DNA of 64,000 nt from positions 1-64,000 of the IMG/VR virus record IMGVR_UViG_3300032242_003291, one strand, 5' to 3'. The notes under the pieces are model-generated. The model was not told the origin of the DNA. It saw nothing but the letters and a program-made list of their open reading frames with translations, and searched no databases. This document shows, piece after piece, positions 38,901-48,143 of the stretch. Positions within the stretch are counted from its first letter, which is position 1. Each line of letters starts with the position of its first letter. Position numbers and translations under genes: made by a program.

Positions 38901-40719
38901 ATGAAACGTTATTTAATATTGCACTTTTTCTTACGGGGTCGTTTTTTAATGACCACGCATTTGTATGAACATCATCCATTAATCTTAAAAACGCTTCAGC
39001 TGATGCCAAAACAACCGCCATCATATTTCTTACTGTAGGTCTAAATCCTAAACCTTTAGTACGGTCTTCTAATTTTTTCAAAAGTTTTGCACTGATATCT
39101 GCCTCATACTCTTGAAGTTTCTTAGTTGCTTGTGAATCCATTGAAGCAATGGTTTTATCAAATCTTCCATCACCTTCAAAAATAAAAAATTTAGGTCTCA
39201 CATCAACCAAATTATTATCTTTATCTTTAGCAACTACGGGTGTGAACAAACCTGAATAACTATCAATTACTTTTTGTTTTTGAGCTTCAGTTGGATTAGG
39301 AATCCCTGTTTGTTGTGTTGTAGTTGCCACCCAATCTATCTGTTGAAATGATGGAGCAGAAAAAACTATAGTATCATAATTTATTGGGTTTGGAATTTTA
39401 GATGGTCCAGCATCTCCTAAAGTTGGATTTCCCGCTAAATATTGATTGAATACTTTGATGTCATTTTTAAGTCTTGCAATTGCATCATCTTTGTCTTTCA
39501 AGTCTATGTTGTTGAACACATAAACCTTTCCAGAATTGTTAGTTAAAATTATTGGTCTTGGATTCAAATATTTTGAAAACCAAGAATTATCTCCTCTAAT
39601 ATCGTTGAAGTATTCTTGAAGATATTCTTTATATGTTCTGATGTTTGTTAAAGATTCAACTTCAGCTTTGAAATAAGAATCCTGAATTGTTTGTTCAAAA
39701 GTTTGAAGTTTGTTCATCAATTGAACTAATGTTAATTCAGGAAAGTCAGGTGGTATCAACCCTTTTGATTTGTAATCACTATAAACTTCAACTATTTTTT
39801 GGTATCCTTTGTTTGTATATATTGAACCAACAACTTGTTCAGTTCCAGTTGCGTTGTTTTTAATTTGTCCCACTTGTGTTGATGCTTGTGATTCGGCACT
39901 TTTGTTTGTTTGTTGTGGTCCAACAGGCGTTTGTGCAACACTAAATTGTTGAGTATACATATGTGGTAAAGCCAATAAATGACCCATCGATATTTCATTC
40001 AAAATATTGAATTTGTATCCTTTGAATTCTAAATCTACTTCGTAGTTACCACTTAGGGAGTTGAATCTTGCATTAAACTTCTCAAGATTCAGTTGATATC
40101 TAATCGCTTGACCATAATAACCTTTCAAAGTTAAAAAAAACGGTGGATATGGTAAGTTAAAGAAAGCCGCATATGGTGAATTATTCCCTAACTGAAATAA
40201 TGCTCTTCCTTGTATATCTTGTAATTTAATTTTTACTGAGGGAATGAAAGAACTGTTTGTTGATATTGAAATATCACTTATACCCAACAGACCGTTATCC
40301 ATAACATTCTTCAAATCCGCTGGTTGGTCTACAACATAAGCTTTACTACCGTCTTTCGGTACTTGAACACTAGATAACATTTGATTCTCACCTTTGAATT
40401 TTGTTGTATTATTACCAGTCAATTCATCGTAATATCCTGTACTCAGATAAGAATTTTTTGTAGGCTTTAAGAAATCTATTTTTGCAACTGAAATAGTTCT
40501 TATTCTATCTGTAGGTGTTGCACCTACCGCTAACTTTGTTCTTGGCAATACTTCAGCCTCTAAGTTAGCATACATTACCAATTTTTCTGGGTCTACTAAC
40601 CTTTCTTGAATTTTACCTTGATTATCAATAGTTTTGTTTGGGTCAACTACGATAATATTATTATAGTCAAATTCAACATAAATGTTTCCGCTGTTATCCG
40701 CTTGAATGTTACCTGCCAT
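32965..40719 (-). CDS. Very large baseplate hub / tail-tip protein with IPT/TIG domain, 2584 aa
   Basis: gpD/gp27-like hub C-terminal motif (VTCLGNALLQPSMYFNL...GPYMILDVQHHIT...FQTTFTGVR, ~35030-35180); IPT-like PPLVTSFSP..G..GTIVQINGRNL; position after the LysM/gpX-like gene. Confidence 0.65.
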   Translation of the reverse strand: MAGNIQADNSGNIYVEFDYNNIIVVDPNKTIDNQGKIQERLVDPEKLVMYANLEAEVLPRTKLAVGATPTDRIRTISVAKIDFLKPTKNSYLSTGYYDELTGNNTTKFKGENQMLSSVQVPKDGSKAYVVDQPADLKNVMDNGLLGISDISISTNSSFIPSVKIKLQDIQGRALFQLGNNSPYAAFFNLPYPPFFLTLKGYYGQAIRYQLNLEKFNARFNSLSGNYEVDLEFKGYKFNILNEISMGHLLALPHMYTQQFSVAQTPVGPQQTNKSAESQASTQVGQIKNNATGTEQVVGSIYTNKGYQKIVEVYSDYKSKGLIPPDFPELTLVQLMNKLQTFEQTIQDSYFKAEVESLTNIRTYKEYLQEYFNDIRGDNSWFSKYLNPRPIILTNNSGKVYVFNNIDLKDKDDAIARLKNDIKVFNQYLAGNPTLGDAGPSKIPNPINYDTIVFSAPSFQQIDWVATTTQQTGIPNPTEAQKQKVIDSYSGLFTPVVAKDKDNNLVDVRPKFFIFEGDGRFDKTIASMDSQATKKLQEYEADISAKLLKKLEDRTKGLGFRPTVRNMMAVVLASAEAFLRLMDDVHTNAWSLKNDPVRKSAILNNVSSAQSSDSRDNLPVTPQSLSDNSNYDYSQIPIYPWPQFFVETPEDKKGRFQLKYIGDPSVSDLTQGYLYDKWPEVEFVEEYLKGLTKKFNAPEVPDTLQNQNYTNNININAIEFPSAGLTYLNKEELKFFYEIWERQFLTSHYSGLIRANSNQINDLIKLNTEAEVNNIYDSINISAPYLSLKLKNYDLNAQNYIQNLENFSNGGTGKSYQDFIRDFFVTPYIRTITENPTAILSTLELGQIPQMHTDSAALKNLIAVATNDKLIVDVLPFSDPNWCLNNLPDGGKTQNNEVYSTKKSLTVFEPRKIISNFNDVYNFTYNRPVTNFSYTNYANPTIDALTNVKNGYGLTAFYTLRTPNNFALTEGNCNYVSPVHNQPTASIATLLTGGLPYTKTTSLLNTPYFVNSIQVGVQGIRSNSPYPFVQAAYLFLNSLPLASLSERYKNLDGTTMSELDFISSCFNKFGAIHKIPYAWMIKLGSIWYRYKKYKESGVDILTNVWKNFEYTVNYSPVLSSTTQTYDFVYQGQKESIVLQQESNDIITINTGFYPQLMNDFNVFFNRYELYTGYNNSDIQKSIDSGVKIFSFPDSKINGLKQDSKNLILKTWSVLLPDTELITSNCDPKTNTKGNKYFIVPSFGSQINQTIDECVINVTSAPQTVVNLTNNTSMYNGSVRTIWSTPNFGYFDNNQIVMPTPYEYINHIDPKTTDQSPFKLLTTDDYSKIEDIFGVFEKRDLDKFEQEFLNFCKPITNADTTQDSAQYNTSTTNPNANFRNFQSLLRSIMTVPAPPSGQGDLEFFQNTINTQNEFVKNELTAFLQYDILFKNGNPSKYKRRVFDSYLSYLGTPVITDPIVFKHYVVGSLPTKGGNVLLSQSKINYPDAWFALETEVGFSTISGVTYSSTGSYITDFFVDNDIEFSVNNVVILAPLIKMYAARKLESPQLSAAQFKNQLRLYLNSETELQNNFLNLVLAGVRLKLPNQQQLPAKVISSAVSGDQSKSEIYEVFKALNDKWISGDDFKTKTLFEDMLFLDRASRNIGDTILIDIFDLQNMFSENSLNQVMSVFTFVSGILIKNNFVVMNLPGYVNFYNIQDVDGTTIPQPEGSLQFANSMWGTFLDVDYRNSGPKMVCFYAGKPSQYLDLPKGNFRYRDDAFEMRRASENPLIENQQNKKDWALSNRCVGFNIDLGIRNQNIFYSFSVSQDNGVATSETINTQLTMVNNATGRNVATQNVSLFNLYKQRSYKATVTCLGNALLQPSMYFNLRHVPMFNGPYMILDVQHHITPGNFQTTFTGVRQGIYDLPSIDNFLQSINQNLLTNLQAILKVKKDTPTVTPITNVQKAANVVQKANNTPDTPNSCVSNVDTAVYTNYQNITPVLKSLTELEFAKALKSEIPNEESLQAIIYVISYITTYQNDSNNHGKFKGYNYNFGGISLYWNWSPTTDKFTKAYSCVNIKTSASTPGKSEPLVAFADVKDYIQFMAARLRPNVSRILKDGLPQYYVCNWPKENVSVDYYQSHKDDFASVRQTINKGLDSCVTVKIILPDTGNQLKAQIKIQEDKIKQPGVTQTPTLKAPLAGNTCPPPLVTSFSPITGNMGTIVQINGRNLAIVTDILIVNPTNEQQVLATVLAKDITHLNDETLRFTLPQISTGQVLTNCKIIAKSPYGNGSVDTVFKYDPAYVASAASSPGGYAGNNQSSTTAPNSNNTNTNPQNTGPVTLLSKSETSVGGKITNKLTVNVNPDAGVWVLDKSVEMNISVFEVITSNNNTTQRLNVQVTMKKSDYVNNNTFTITRDDITTILTTSEPFKTTPIKPSQMVTVQFNVLANAEDKVKHPQPTVQSFNFNYSDGSTTTTTTSPATTASKTFAEQPLSITLYGESPNLQGNGWEYFNVKKPAGGYITFKFNAPTFNEANYGYKLFVDKDGYPVPGSGMVGGIDTKYTYLGNVNSVGTFKISVEYYPYGLTSPNGGEVLKQTVYSPPFTL

Positions 40720-41035
40720 AATAATAAAAATGATTTTCTACCGCTGCCTTATAATCTTGTAAAGATGGTAGTAGAGGAAATGGAATAATCAATATAGCAC
40801 CATCATAAATATAGTTTTCAAGTCCTCCAAACTTAGGATTGGCTTGTAATATTAACCAACCAAAATATGGTGAATTATAAAATTCTTGTGAAACTCTATC
40901 TAATCTACTTTTAGCAACTTTATATATGTAAGCCTTATCAGTTGTTTTTTGTGGTAAGTTTACAAAAGGGACAACTGTTTGTTCACCATTAAGTAAAAAT
41001 TGACTATATCTATTCCAATACTGTGATGCCGCCAT
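40709..41035 (-). CDS. LysM/gpX-like baseplate protein (T4 gp53 / P2 gpX type), 108 aa
   Basis: SRLDRVSQEFYNSPYFGWLILQANP...GAILIIP pattern. Confidence 0.75.
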   Translation of the reverse strand: MAASQYWNRYSQFLLNGEQTVVPFVNLPQKTTDKAYIYKVAKSRLDRVSQEFYNSPYFGWLILQANPKFGGLENYIYDGAILIIPFPLLPSLQDYKAAVENHFYYYGR

Positions 41036-44000
41036 TAGTTAAGTTTTGCCTTTGAGATGAAACTTCCGAAACCTGAAATTCCGTTAGGGTCGTTCCATGT
41101 TAATTTATTTGTATTTTGGTTTCCTGTTGCACCTAATCCTTTAATCAAATTTTCTTGGGCTGTTTTATTTGCAACATTACTTACAGGTTGTGAGTTATAA
41201 GTAAAAACCCTCTTCTTGGTATCAAAAGGAGTATAAATCAAATATTTTTTAAGTTTATCTTTTTCTAAATTATTTATAAATTCTGTTGTAATATTTGTTT
41301 CAGTATTGAATGCTGGTTTTGCTATTTTATCCCAATATGCATCAAACTGAGTTTCAATATCATCTTGACCTTTTCCAATAATTGAACTATTACCAATTAT
41401 ATTACCAATAAGTGCTTTTTTGAAGGTTTCATATTTTTTACTATCAGTAACATCATTAGATATTAACATATAAACTCTTCTAAAAATTCTGTCATTAAAT
41501 AAATCAGTTTTACTGAATGGATTGAAAACATCACTTGTTTTTAGTTGATTAGTTGTTCCGTCGTTTTGGAGTGGGAACACAAATGGTGCAGAATATTCTT
41601 GTTTATCACCCGAATAAATAAATTTAGTTTCTGTTGATATTGTATCATTAAACGCAATTAAATCTTGTTGGACTTTTGTAACGTCGTTAATTAATTCAAC
41701 TAATGTGTCTGATGCTCCGTTTGAAGATGTTGCAACATCTTTTGTACCTAACGTTACATAAACTTTTACTGGTCCTGATTTAGATTGTAATCCATCTGTA
41801 CCACTATTTGCAGTTCCAGGATATGTTATTGTATTAACTCTAGCGAGTGTTTGTATATATCCCTGTTCTATGTTAACTAAATCTTGAATTGTTTTATATA
41901 CAGGTGTTTGGTATGATGATTTTTTACCATTCAAAAAATTAACATAATTATCTTTAACAGTTTGAATCAATCTAGAAGAAAAATTCTTTGATGTATTAGA
42001 TATAAATTTGATAAATCCTTCGTCTCCTTTTGAAATATTTTCCGTCAACGTTGTGAATATTTCATCAACTCTAGATTGTAATCCTGTTGGTTTTCCAAAA
42101 ATTTGAACGTCAGGGGTATTTGTTAAAAGATTTCCTTTATAATAATTTCTTGATACCATCCACTGTTGGCGCATTGCATTATTGTATTGACTTAAAACTT
42201 CTTTGTTTTTATTCAAGATATTTGTAAAATATGTTTGAGAGTCCACAACAACTTTAGTCATAAAGTCACCATAACTTATCGTCCCTGTTTCACCAGATGC
42301 TTGTATATTTGAAGTTATTATTGAACCTATGGTTGCATTATTACTCTGACCTGCACTTGGTGCCGCCTGATTTAATGCTGGTGGACCAGGAGGGTTTGTT
42401 CCTTGTAAGAACTGTTGGTCTAAGACCGCTAAAAATTCTTCTTTATCGGTAGAATCTGCTCTATCATCATAAATTTCTGTGTTAGCATAATAGTTGAATG
42501 TTAAAGCATTTTGTAACTTATCAATCGACTCTTTTAATCCACTACCTCCAACAAAATTGAATGCCATGGTTACATTTGCAATCATTGGTTGAACTCCAAT
42601 ACCTTCTGGATTTATATCTAACTCCTCATAAGTGATGCCTAAGGTTGTTGGTATTATCTTTGTATTATAAAAGTCACCAACTCGCAATATTAAAACAGGA
42701 GGTGCACCGAAAGATGTATTAGTTGCTTCATTATATTGTAATACAGTTGAGCCTCCAATATCTTTGATAGTTGGTATTGTGTCACCAGGTCTCATACATT
42801 GTTGTAAGAATGTTAATCTGGTATTTAATCCTTCAGGAGTCATTGAGTGAAACGCTGGTTGAAAAAACTTCAACTTTTCTCTCAAGTTATCATAAACCAT
42901 TGGACTAGCTTCTTTTACCGTTTCAAAATAATCACATTCAGATAATAAAGACCTTAAAACAAATTTAGTGATATTGTCTCTTGGCTTCCAAGTTTTTTCG
43001 AGTTCAGTAGTTTTAATAGTGTCTGTTACAACATCATTTTTTGTTACCGTTACGTAATTTGGCGTAGGGTCTACTGTTGGTTGTTTAAGTGTTGAATGGA
43101 TGTTACTAATGTAGGCCCTTCTACACGCCATTGCATTTGTTGTATAAATTTGATGAGAAATTGCTTGGGTATCACCTCCAACGGCTTGCCCGTCATTATC
43201 GGTGCAATTTACAGTTGTACCTGGAATAAATGCTTTTTTTGCACTATCAAATTGTAATACTTGAGCATTTTCACCAAATGCTGTTCCTGACTTAAGTATT
43301 AATCTTTGTTTTCCAACAAAAGTTGCGGTATTAGTATTGTCTGTAAAAAATTTAATTAATGATTTAATTCTTCTATCCGCTAGTTCTCTATTATAAGACT
43401 GTGTTGCAGGTGCAGAACAAGTCGCATCTATTGTTATTGTTATACTACCAATTGGATATTGTGTTAGTTGTTTATTCAAATCTAAAGCCAAATCATTCAA
43501 AGTATTATAGTTTGGTGTAACAACACTATCAAAAAACGTACCTAGCTGAGCACCGTTTGGTTTGCTGGTATATGTAGTTGTTTCACCAGTATATTCATTA
43601 TATTCGTAAGTATACCCTGGTATTGTAGTTGATTTTTTGGGGTAATCGTTGCTAAAATATCCCGCAACGTTATTGTATTTTTTCCAATAATCATCGTTTG
43701 TAGTTGCTTGTGCGTTTTGGTCTCCACCACTATTAGGGTTATTAAATCCTGATTGAATTGTTTCTTTGGTTACAATTAATTGTTCTCTTGTTAATTCTTT
43801 TGAAGTAATTGCAGTTTGAAGTAGGTATAAATCATTTGGGTTTACAGTATAATATTTCTTGGCTAACTCATAAATGTCATACTTTCTACATCCCGCAAAG
43901 AATGAATCCAAGATTGAATTAACTCTTTCTTTATTTGACTCATTACTAAGTACTTTATTAACAATTGTATTAAGAATTGAAGGGTGGTCTACAACTATTT

Positions 44001-46068
44001 TCCAAGTTAGAGAACCTCCTCTTGAAGTATTCTTATACGTATATATTGGCTCAGGTCTTCCCAAGAAATCACTAGTGTTCCAGTTTGCCGTAACCGATTC
44101 TGTGAATGTCAATCCGTATGGTGGGAACCACATAACTCTACCACCGTTTGGACCTCTTTCACAAATTGATAAATCTGAAGCTGTGAACCCAGGTGTGTTT
44201 GATGTTCTCCAAGCAAGGTTTTCAATTGAGAACATATACTTCTTAGCATAAGCAGCGTTTGTACTACTACCACCAGGTCCATTAATAAGGTTAGTGGAAC
44301 TTTGTCCACCTTCTTGTTTGTTAGGAACAATGTTTAAGTTATATGTGTTGTCAAGAACAGAGTTACTAAATCTTCTACCGTTAACCGTAATACCATCAAC
44401 TTTTTGTAAATTTCTGTAATTCAAATAAGGTATGTCTTTTGCAAACACTCTACAATATTCTGTACCAACTTCTTGACCAATGTTACCTGTATAGGTAATC
44501 ACTCTAGAACCCTTTGTAAGCTCTTTATAACCGTCATTAAAGACCTTACTTACTTGGTCAATAGCATTACCAGCATGTTGTAATCTTTTCGCCCCTTGAG
44601 GTTGGCTATCAATAATTCTTTGAGTCTTATCTAATATTGAACCATCCTTGAATGTATTATTAGTTGACTCCGTTGAGTTATATGATGATGGTTTGTTATT
44701 CGATTGATTAACAATTACCCCACCAACACCAACAGTGAAACCAGCATTCTCTTTGTACTTTGGCGAAACCCATGTAAATCCACCTTCAATACCTCCACCG
44801 TTACTATAGGTAGGTCCATTAGCACCCAATCTGATTGATTGACTTGGTCCTTCGTAAAGTTGTGCTAACTCAGATGGTCCAAATACTGGTGACTTTTGAG
44901 GTACGCCATATGAGTTGATTGGTTGTGAACCTGCAGGTGAGAAAATATTTGATGGTTCACTATTAACTGAACCAATGTAGTAGTTAGAGTTACTTGTTGT
45001 TGAACCAACGAGTGCTCCACCTAATCTATCAAATAAAGTTCTTTCAAAATATGGCTTATATCTATTGTAATCAATGTTCCCAAACAATCTAGATTTTTGT
45101 CCACCACCCATGTTGTTATACATGATTTGTGAACCTGTATTACCAGCACCTAACAAACCCGTTACTAAATTACCTAACGTACTTTGTTTGAAAGCATTAT
45201 TAAGTTGTTGTATTGTTGTAGGTTGTCCTGAATTAATAGATGGGTCAAAATATGAACCAGGTATTTCAGATACAGGTAAAATACTACCCGCAAGTCTTAA
45301 AGCAAAATCTGTCGCAGCTAAAATTGGATTTGATGGTACTGTAATTGTATAGTTAGGTTCAATTAAAGGAACTCTACCTGTTACCAAATTGAGAATATCA
45401 GTACCACTTCTAACATTAAACACATTAGCCTTAGCCAATGTTTCAAGATACACTTGACGAGCAATTCTTTTCTGGAATCCGTCTTTTAACACTTTAGCAC
45501 CCAAACGAGCAATAAATGAGTCTTGGCTTAATAATCCATTACTTCCTTGTGGGTCAGGAGAAAGTAAAATTGATACAGGAGTATAACTTGAACCAACGAG
45601 TCCTGCGGGATATGGTTGTCCGTTACCTTGTCTATCTTGGTCTACTCTAACAGTATCTAAAGATGAAAAAGATTCCGCAGAATCAAATACATTCAATCCA
45701 TCAGCATACGCATTTAATGGTCTCCAATATCTAACAGCGTCATATCCTTCAGCAATTATGTGAGCATCTTGTTGTCCTGGTCCATATTCACCCTGATTGG
45801 ATATTGTATTCATCAACCCGTTTGGGTCAGGAACTTGTCGATATCCACCCTCAGCACCCCACTCATTCAAAGGATATAACTTATTAGCAAACGTTGGTTC
45901 GTCAATCAATTGGTCAGGACTGTCCTGTACCGATATGTCTGATTGTTGATATTCGTATGTAATAGGTGGGGATGGTTTGTTTGGAGACTTAGCATAAGGG
46001 GTTAAATTTCTTACAATAAGTTTTTTTCTAAAACCATCTGAACTAATATAGTCTAAAGGACTTGGCAT
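41035..46068 (-). CDS. Tail tube initiator-like (gp48/gp54-type) protein with OmpA-like insert, 1677 aa
   Basis: WFPPYGLTFTESVTANW...FLGRPEPIYTYKNTSR tube-like fold; second tube-like segment LRVGDFYNTKII; OmpA-like YNRELADRRI...CRR; directly after the tape measure. Confidence 0.6.
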   Translation of the reverse strand: MPSPLDYISSDGFRKKLIVRNLTPYAKSPNKPSPPITYEYQQSDISVQDSPDQLIDEPTFANKLYPLNEWGAEGGYRQVPDPNGLMNTISNQGEYGPGQQDAHIIAEGYDAVRYWRPLNAYADGLNVFDSAESFSSLDTVRVDQDRQGNGQPYPAGLVGSSYTPVSILLSPDPQGSNGLLSQDSFIARLGAKVLKDGFQKRIARQVYLETLAKANVFNVRSGTDILNLVTGRVPLIEPNYTITVPSNPILAATDFALRLAGSILPVSEIPGSYFDPSINSGQPTTIQQLNNAFKQSTLGNLVTGLLGAGNTGSQIMYNNMGGGQKSRLFGNIDYNRYKPYFERTLFDRLGGALVGSTTSNSNYYIGSVNSEPSNIFSPAGSQPINSYGVPQKSPVFGPSELAQLYEGPSQSIRLGANGPTYSNGGGIEGGFTWVSPKYKENAGFTVGVGGVIVNQSNNKPSSYNSTESTNNTFKDGSILDKTQRIIDSQPQGAKRLQHAGNAIDQVSKVFNDGYKELTKGSRVITYTGNIGQEVGTEYCRVFAKDIPYLNYRNLQKVDGITVNGRRFSNSVLDNTYNLNIVPNKQEGGQSSTNLINGPGGSSTNAAYAKKYMFSIENLAWRTSNTPGFTASDLSICERGPNGGRVMWFPPYGLTFTESVTANWNTSDFLGRPEPIYTYKNTSRGGSLTWKIVVDHPSILNTIVNKVLSNESNKERVNSILDSFFAGCRKYDIYELAKKYYTVNPNDLYLLQTAITSKELTREQLIVTKETIQSGFNNPNSGGDQNAQATTNDDYWKKYNNVAGYFSNDYPKKSTTIPGYTYEYNEYTGETTTYTSKPNGAQLGTFFDSVVTPNYNTLNDLALDLNKQLTQYPIGSITITIDATCSAPATQSYNRELADRRIKSLIKFFTDNTNTATFVGKQRLILKSGTAFGENAQVLQFDSAKKAFIPGTTVNCTDNDGQAVGGDTQAISHQIYTTNAMACRRAYISNIHSTLKQPTVDPTPNYVTVTKNDVVTDTIKTTELEKTWKPRDNITKFVLRSLLSECDYFETVKEASPMVYDNLREKLKFFQPAFHSMTPEGLNTRLTFLQQCMRPGDTIPTIKDIGGSTVLQYNEATNTSFGAPPVLILRVGDFYNTKIIPTTLGITYEELDINPEGIGVQPMIANVTMAFNFVGGSGLKESIDKLQNALTFNYYANTEIYDDRADSTDKEEFLAVLDQQFLQGTNPPGPPALNQAAPSAGQSNNATIGSIITSNIQASGETGTISYGDFMTKVVVDSQTYFTNILNKNKEVLSQYNNAMRQQWMVSRNYYKGNLLTNTPDVQIFGKPTGLQSRVDEIFTTLTENISKGDEGFIKFISNTSKNFSSRLIQTVKDNYVNFLNGKKSSYQTPVYKTIQDLVNIEQGYIQTLARVNTITYPGTANSGTDGLQSKSGPVKVYVTLGTKDVATSSNGASDTLVELINDVTKVQQDLIAFNDTISTETKFIYSGDKQEYSAPFVFPLQNDGTTNQLKTSDVFNPFSKTDLFNDRIFRRVYMLISNDVTDSKKYETFKKALIGNIIGNSSIIGKGQDDIETQFDAYWDKIAKPAFNTETNITTEFINNLEKDKLKKYLIYTPFDTKKRVFTYNSQPVSNVANKTAQENLIKGLGATGNQNTNKLTWNDPNGISGFGSFISKAKLN

Positions 46069-46104
46069 TAATTATTTTTAATATAAATAGATTATTTATA
46101 GTTT

Positions 46105-47946
46105 TTATTTGTTACCAATACTTGTACTGAGAGGAGCTTTAGTTGGATTATTTGACGTTCTTATATTACGAATTAAAGTTTGTACTTCAGTTGAATTCAT
46201 TTTGTCATTAAATATTCTTGTAAATTGTTCTAATTGTTGTTGTGAAAAGTTTTCAGCTCCAGTGAACTTAACATCTATTTTAAGACCTCCAGCAAAATCT
46301 ACTTGAGATTTTGTTGATGTTGTCGTCCCAATCGTTTTATTTAATGTATCAGATGAATCTCCAAGAAGATTATTGTATATTGGTGATACTGAGTTTACTT
46401 TGTTAACATTACTTGTTGTTGGAGATACTTTACCTCCCACACTTCCCGTTAATTTAGTGGTTAAATCTTTAAGTAGCGCTTCTCCATATGTGTTCTTACC
46501 CAATTTGTCTGATACTCTTTCAAGAGCATCTACTAATCCCTTTTTAATATCTCCTTCAAAATTTTTAGATTGTGAATTTATTTTGTCCGCAAAATCCGCA
46601 AGACTTAAATTCATAGCCTTTCCACTTTTGATGTCTTTGAATAATCCTTCGAAATCTTGAATAACTGTTTCAGTAACTTTCCTTGACTCACTTGGCTTAA
46701 CTGTTTTGGCTAATTCACCTGTCACTGTTTTGGCAATTCTATCGAATCCTGCTATCCCTTGTAACAAGCTTGGTGATGTTGCAGCACCTCCCGCGATTGC
46801 CGTCGCAATTGATTTAACATTGTTATCAACACTTTGAAAAACTGTAAGTTGACCTTTAGCAATGTCTTCTAAAGTTTTTGGTCCTTCTTTTTGTTCTTTG
46901 ATTAATTTGTTAAACTCTTGTTGTGTTAGTTCTGATAGTTTAACAGTTTCTGTATCATTAATTTTAACTTCGTACTGGCCACCATCACCCATTTTTGCAA
47001 TATTAGCTAAATATTGTTTGTCTTCCTCGTTCTCAAATTTAATTCCAGCTCTACTAACATCGGATAACCTTGCATCCAATTCAGCTGCTGCCAATCCCAT
47101 TTTTGATAATGAGCCACTAGTTAAATTAGCTTGTTTTTCCATCTCCCTAAGAGTTAAAACACCTTGTGGATTTATCTTAAAGGATTTTGTTTTCTCATCA
47201 AAGTACGTAAATTGTTTTGAAACTTTAGCTAAACTGTCTTGTATACCTGAAGGGTCATTAATAGATTCGTTCATTAATTGGAAAGGGTCTGCTAAATTTC
47301 CAACTGAAACACCCAATCTTTGAAAAGCAGCTGCCATATTCACAGCACCTTCAGGGTCTAAAACTCTATCTGCAAGTCTAAGTGCTTCACCCATATCAAA
47401 CCTCAACATAGAGGCTTGTGCAGCCATTTTTGTTAGTCCAACAACTCCACCTTCAAACTGGAAACGATTGAGCTGGTCCATATTTGCAGTAACTACTTTG
47501 AAAACTTCTTGTGTGTTACCACCTATACTTCTAACGAAATTAACACTACCTTCAATTTGTTTACCCATTTGTCCCAACCCTACCCCAACATCAGTGAAAC
47601 GATTAACTAAGGTACCAATCTCTTGACCTGTCACTTTCGATGCCGCAAATAGCTTTTCAGTCTGTTCTGTGGTTGCAACAACATTTCTTCTCGAAGATTC
47701 AGCAATTGCTTGAATTTCGTTTTGCACCGAATTAATGTCACCACCTAACCTAATAATTTCAGGAAGAGCGTCGACAATCGACGTTTTTATTTCTACTATT
47801 CTTTCCTTTGTTTGCCCAAACTTGTTATTTACTTCTGTAGCAGCTTTTTCTAATTGAGAAGATATAGATATGAACTTTTGAGCTAAGTCAAATTCTCCTT
47901 TCAAGTCATCAAAAAAACCTGGTATATCTTTTTTTTCGTCAGCCAT
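46105..47946 (-). CDS. Tape measure protein, ~613 aa
   Basis: Ala/Gln/Leu-rich helical sequence in canonical position after tube and chaperone. Start taken at ATG 47946 (MADEKK), 17 nt after TATTTATA. Confidence 0.75.
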   Translation of the reverse strand: MADEKKDIPGFFDDLKGEFDLAQKFISISSQLEKAATEVNNKFGQTKERIVEIKTSIVDALPEIIRLGGDINSVQNEIQAIAESSRRNVVATTEQTEKLFAASKVTGQEIGTLVNRFTDVGVGLGQMGKQIEGSVNFVRSIGGNTQEVFKVVTANMDQLNRFQFEGGVVGLTKMAAQASMLRFDMGEALRLADRVLDPEGAVNMAAAFQRLGVSVGNLADPFQLMNESINDPSGIQDSLAKVSKQFTYFDEKTKSFKINPQGVLTLREMEKQANLTSGSLSKMGLAAAELDARLSDVSRAGIKFENEEDKQYLANIAKMGDGGQYEVKINDTETVKLSELTQQEFNKLIKEQKEGPKTLEDIAKGQLTVFQSVDNNVKSIATAIAGGAATSPSLLQGIAGFDRIAKTVTGELAKTVKPSESRKVTETVIQDFEGLFKDIKSGKAMNLSLADFADKINSQSKNFEGDIKKGLVDALERVSDKLGKNTYGEALLKDLTTKLTGSVGGKVSPTTSNVNKVNSVSPIYNNLLGDSSDTLNKTIGTTTSTKSQVDFAGGLKIDVKFTGAENFSQQQLEQFTRIFNDKMNSTEVQTLIRNIRTSNNPTKAPLSTSIGNK

Positions 47947-47972
47947 TATCAAATGTTATTTTATATAAATAC

Positions 47973-47998
47973 AAAAGGACTGATTTTTCAGTCCTTTT
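47973..47998 (-). terminator. Hairpin terminator between chaperone extension and tape measure
   Basis: AAAAGGACTGA-AAAA-TCAGTCCTTTT; followed after 1 nt by TATTTATA (47964-47971). Confidence 0.7.
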
Positions 47999-48143
47999 TA
48001 TTATTGCTTTCAACCCATTTATCTAATAAGTATTTTCTCATATAAACTGGCATGATAAGAAAATCACTATAAGAAACATGAAATAGGGTACTCAAATAGT
48101 AAAATTCATCTATTTGTCCTTGTCTGTAATTAGAAGAAAGGAC
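47988..48143 (-). CDS. Frameshift extension of the tail assembly chaperone (gpGT-like, 51 aa)
   Basis: Open +1 frame VLSSNYRQGQIDEFYYLSTLFHVSYSDFLIMPVYMRKYLLDKWVESNNKKD* with no upstream in-frame start; entered from TTTTTTCGT at 48150-48142. Confidence 0.7.
   Translation of the reverse strand, partial: VLSSNYRQGQIDEFYYLSTLFHVSYSDFLIMPVYMRKYLLDKWVESNNKKD

Noticed and set aside
46105-47946. Unusually short tape measure
   Set aside because: About 613 aa is close to T4 gp29 (~590 aa), so it is ordinary.
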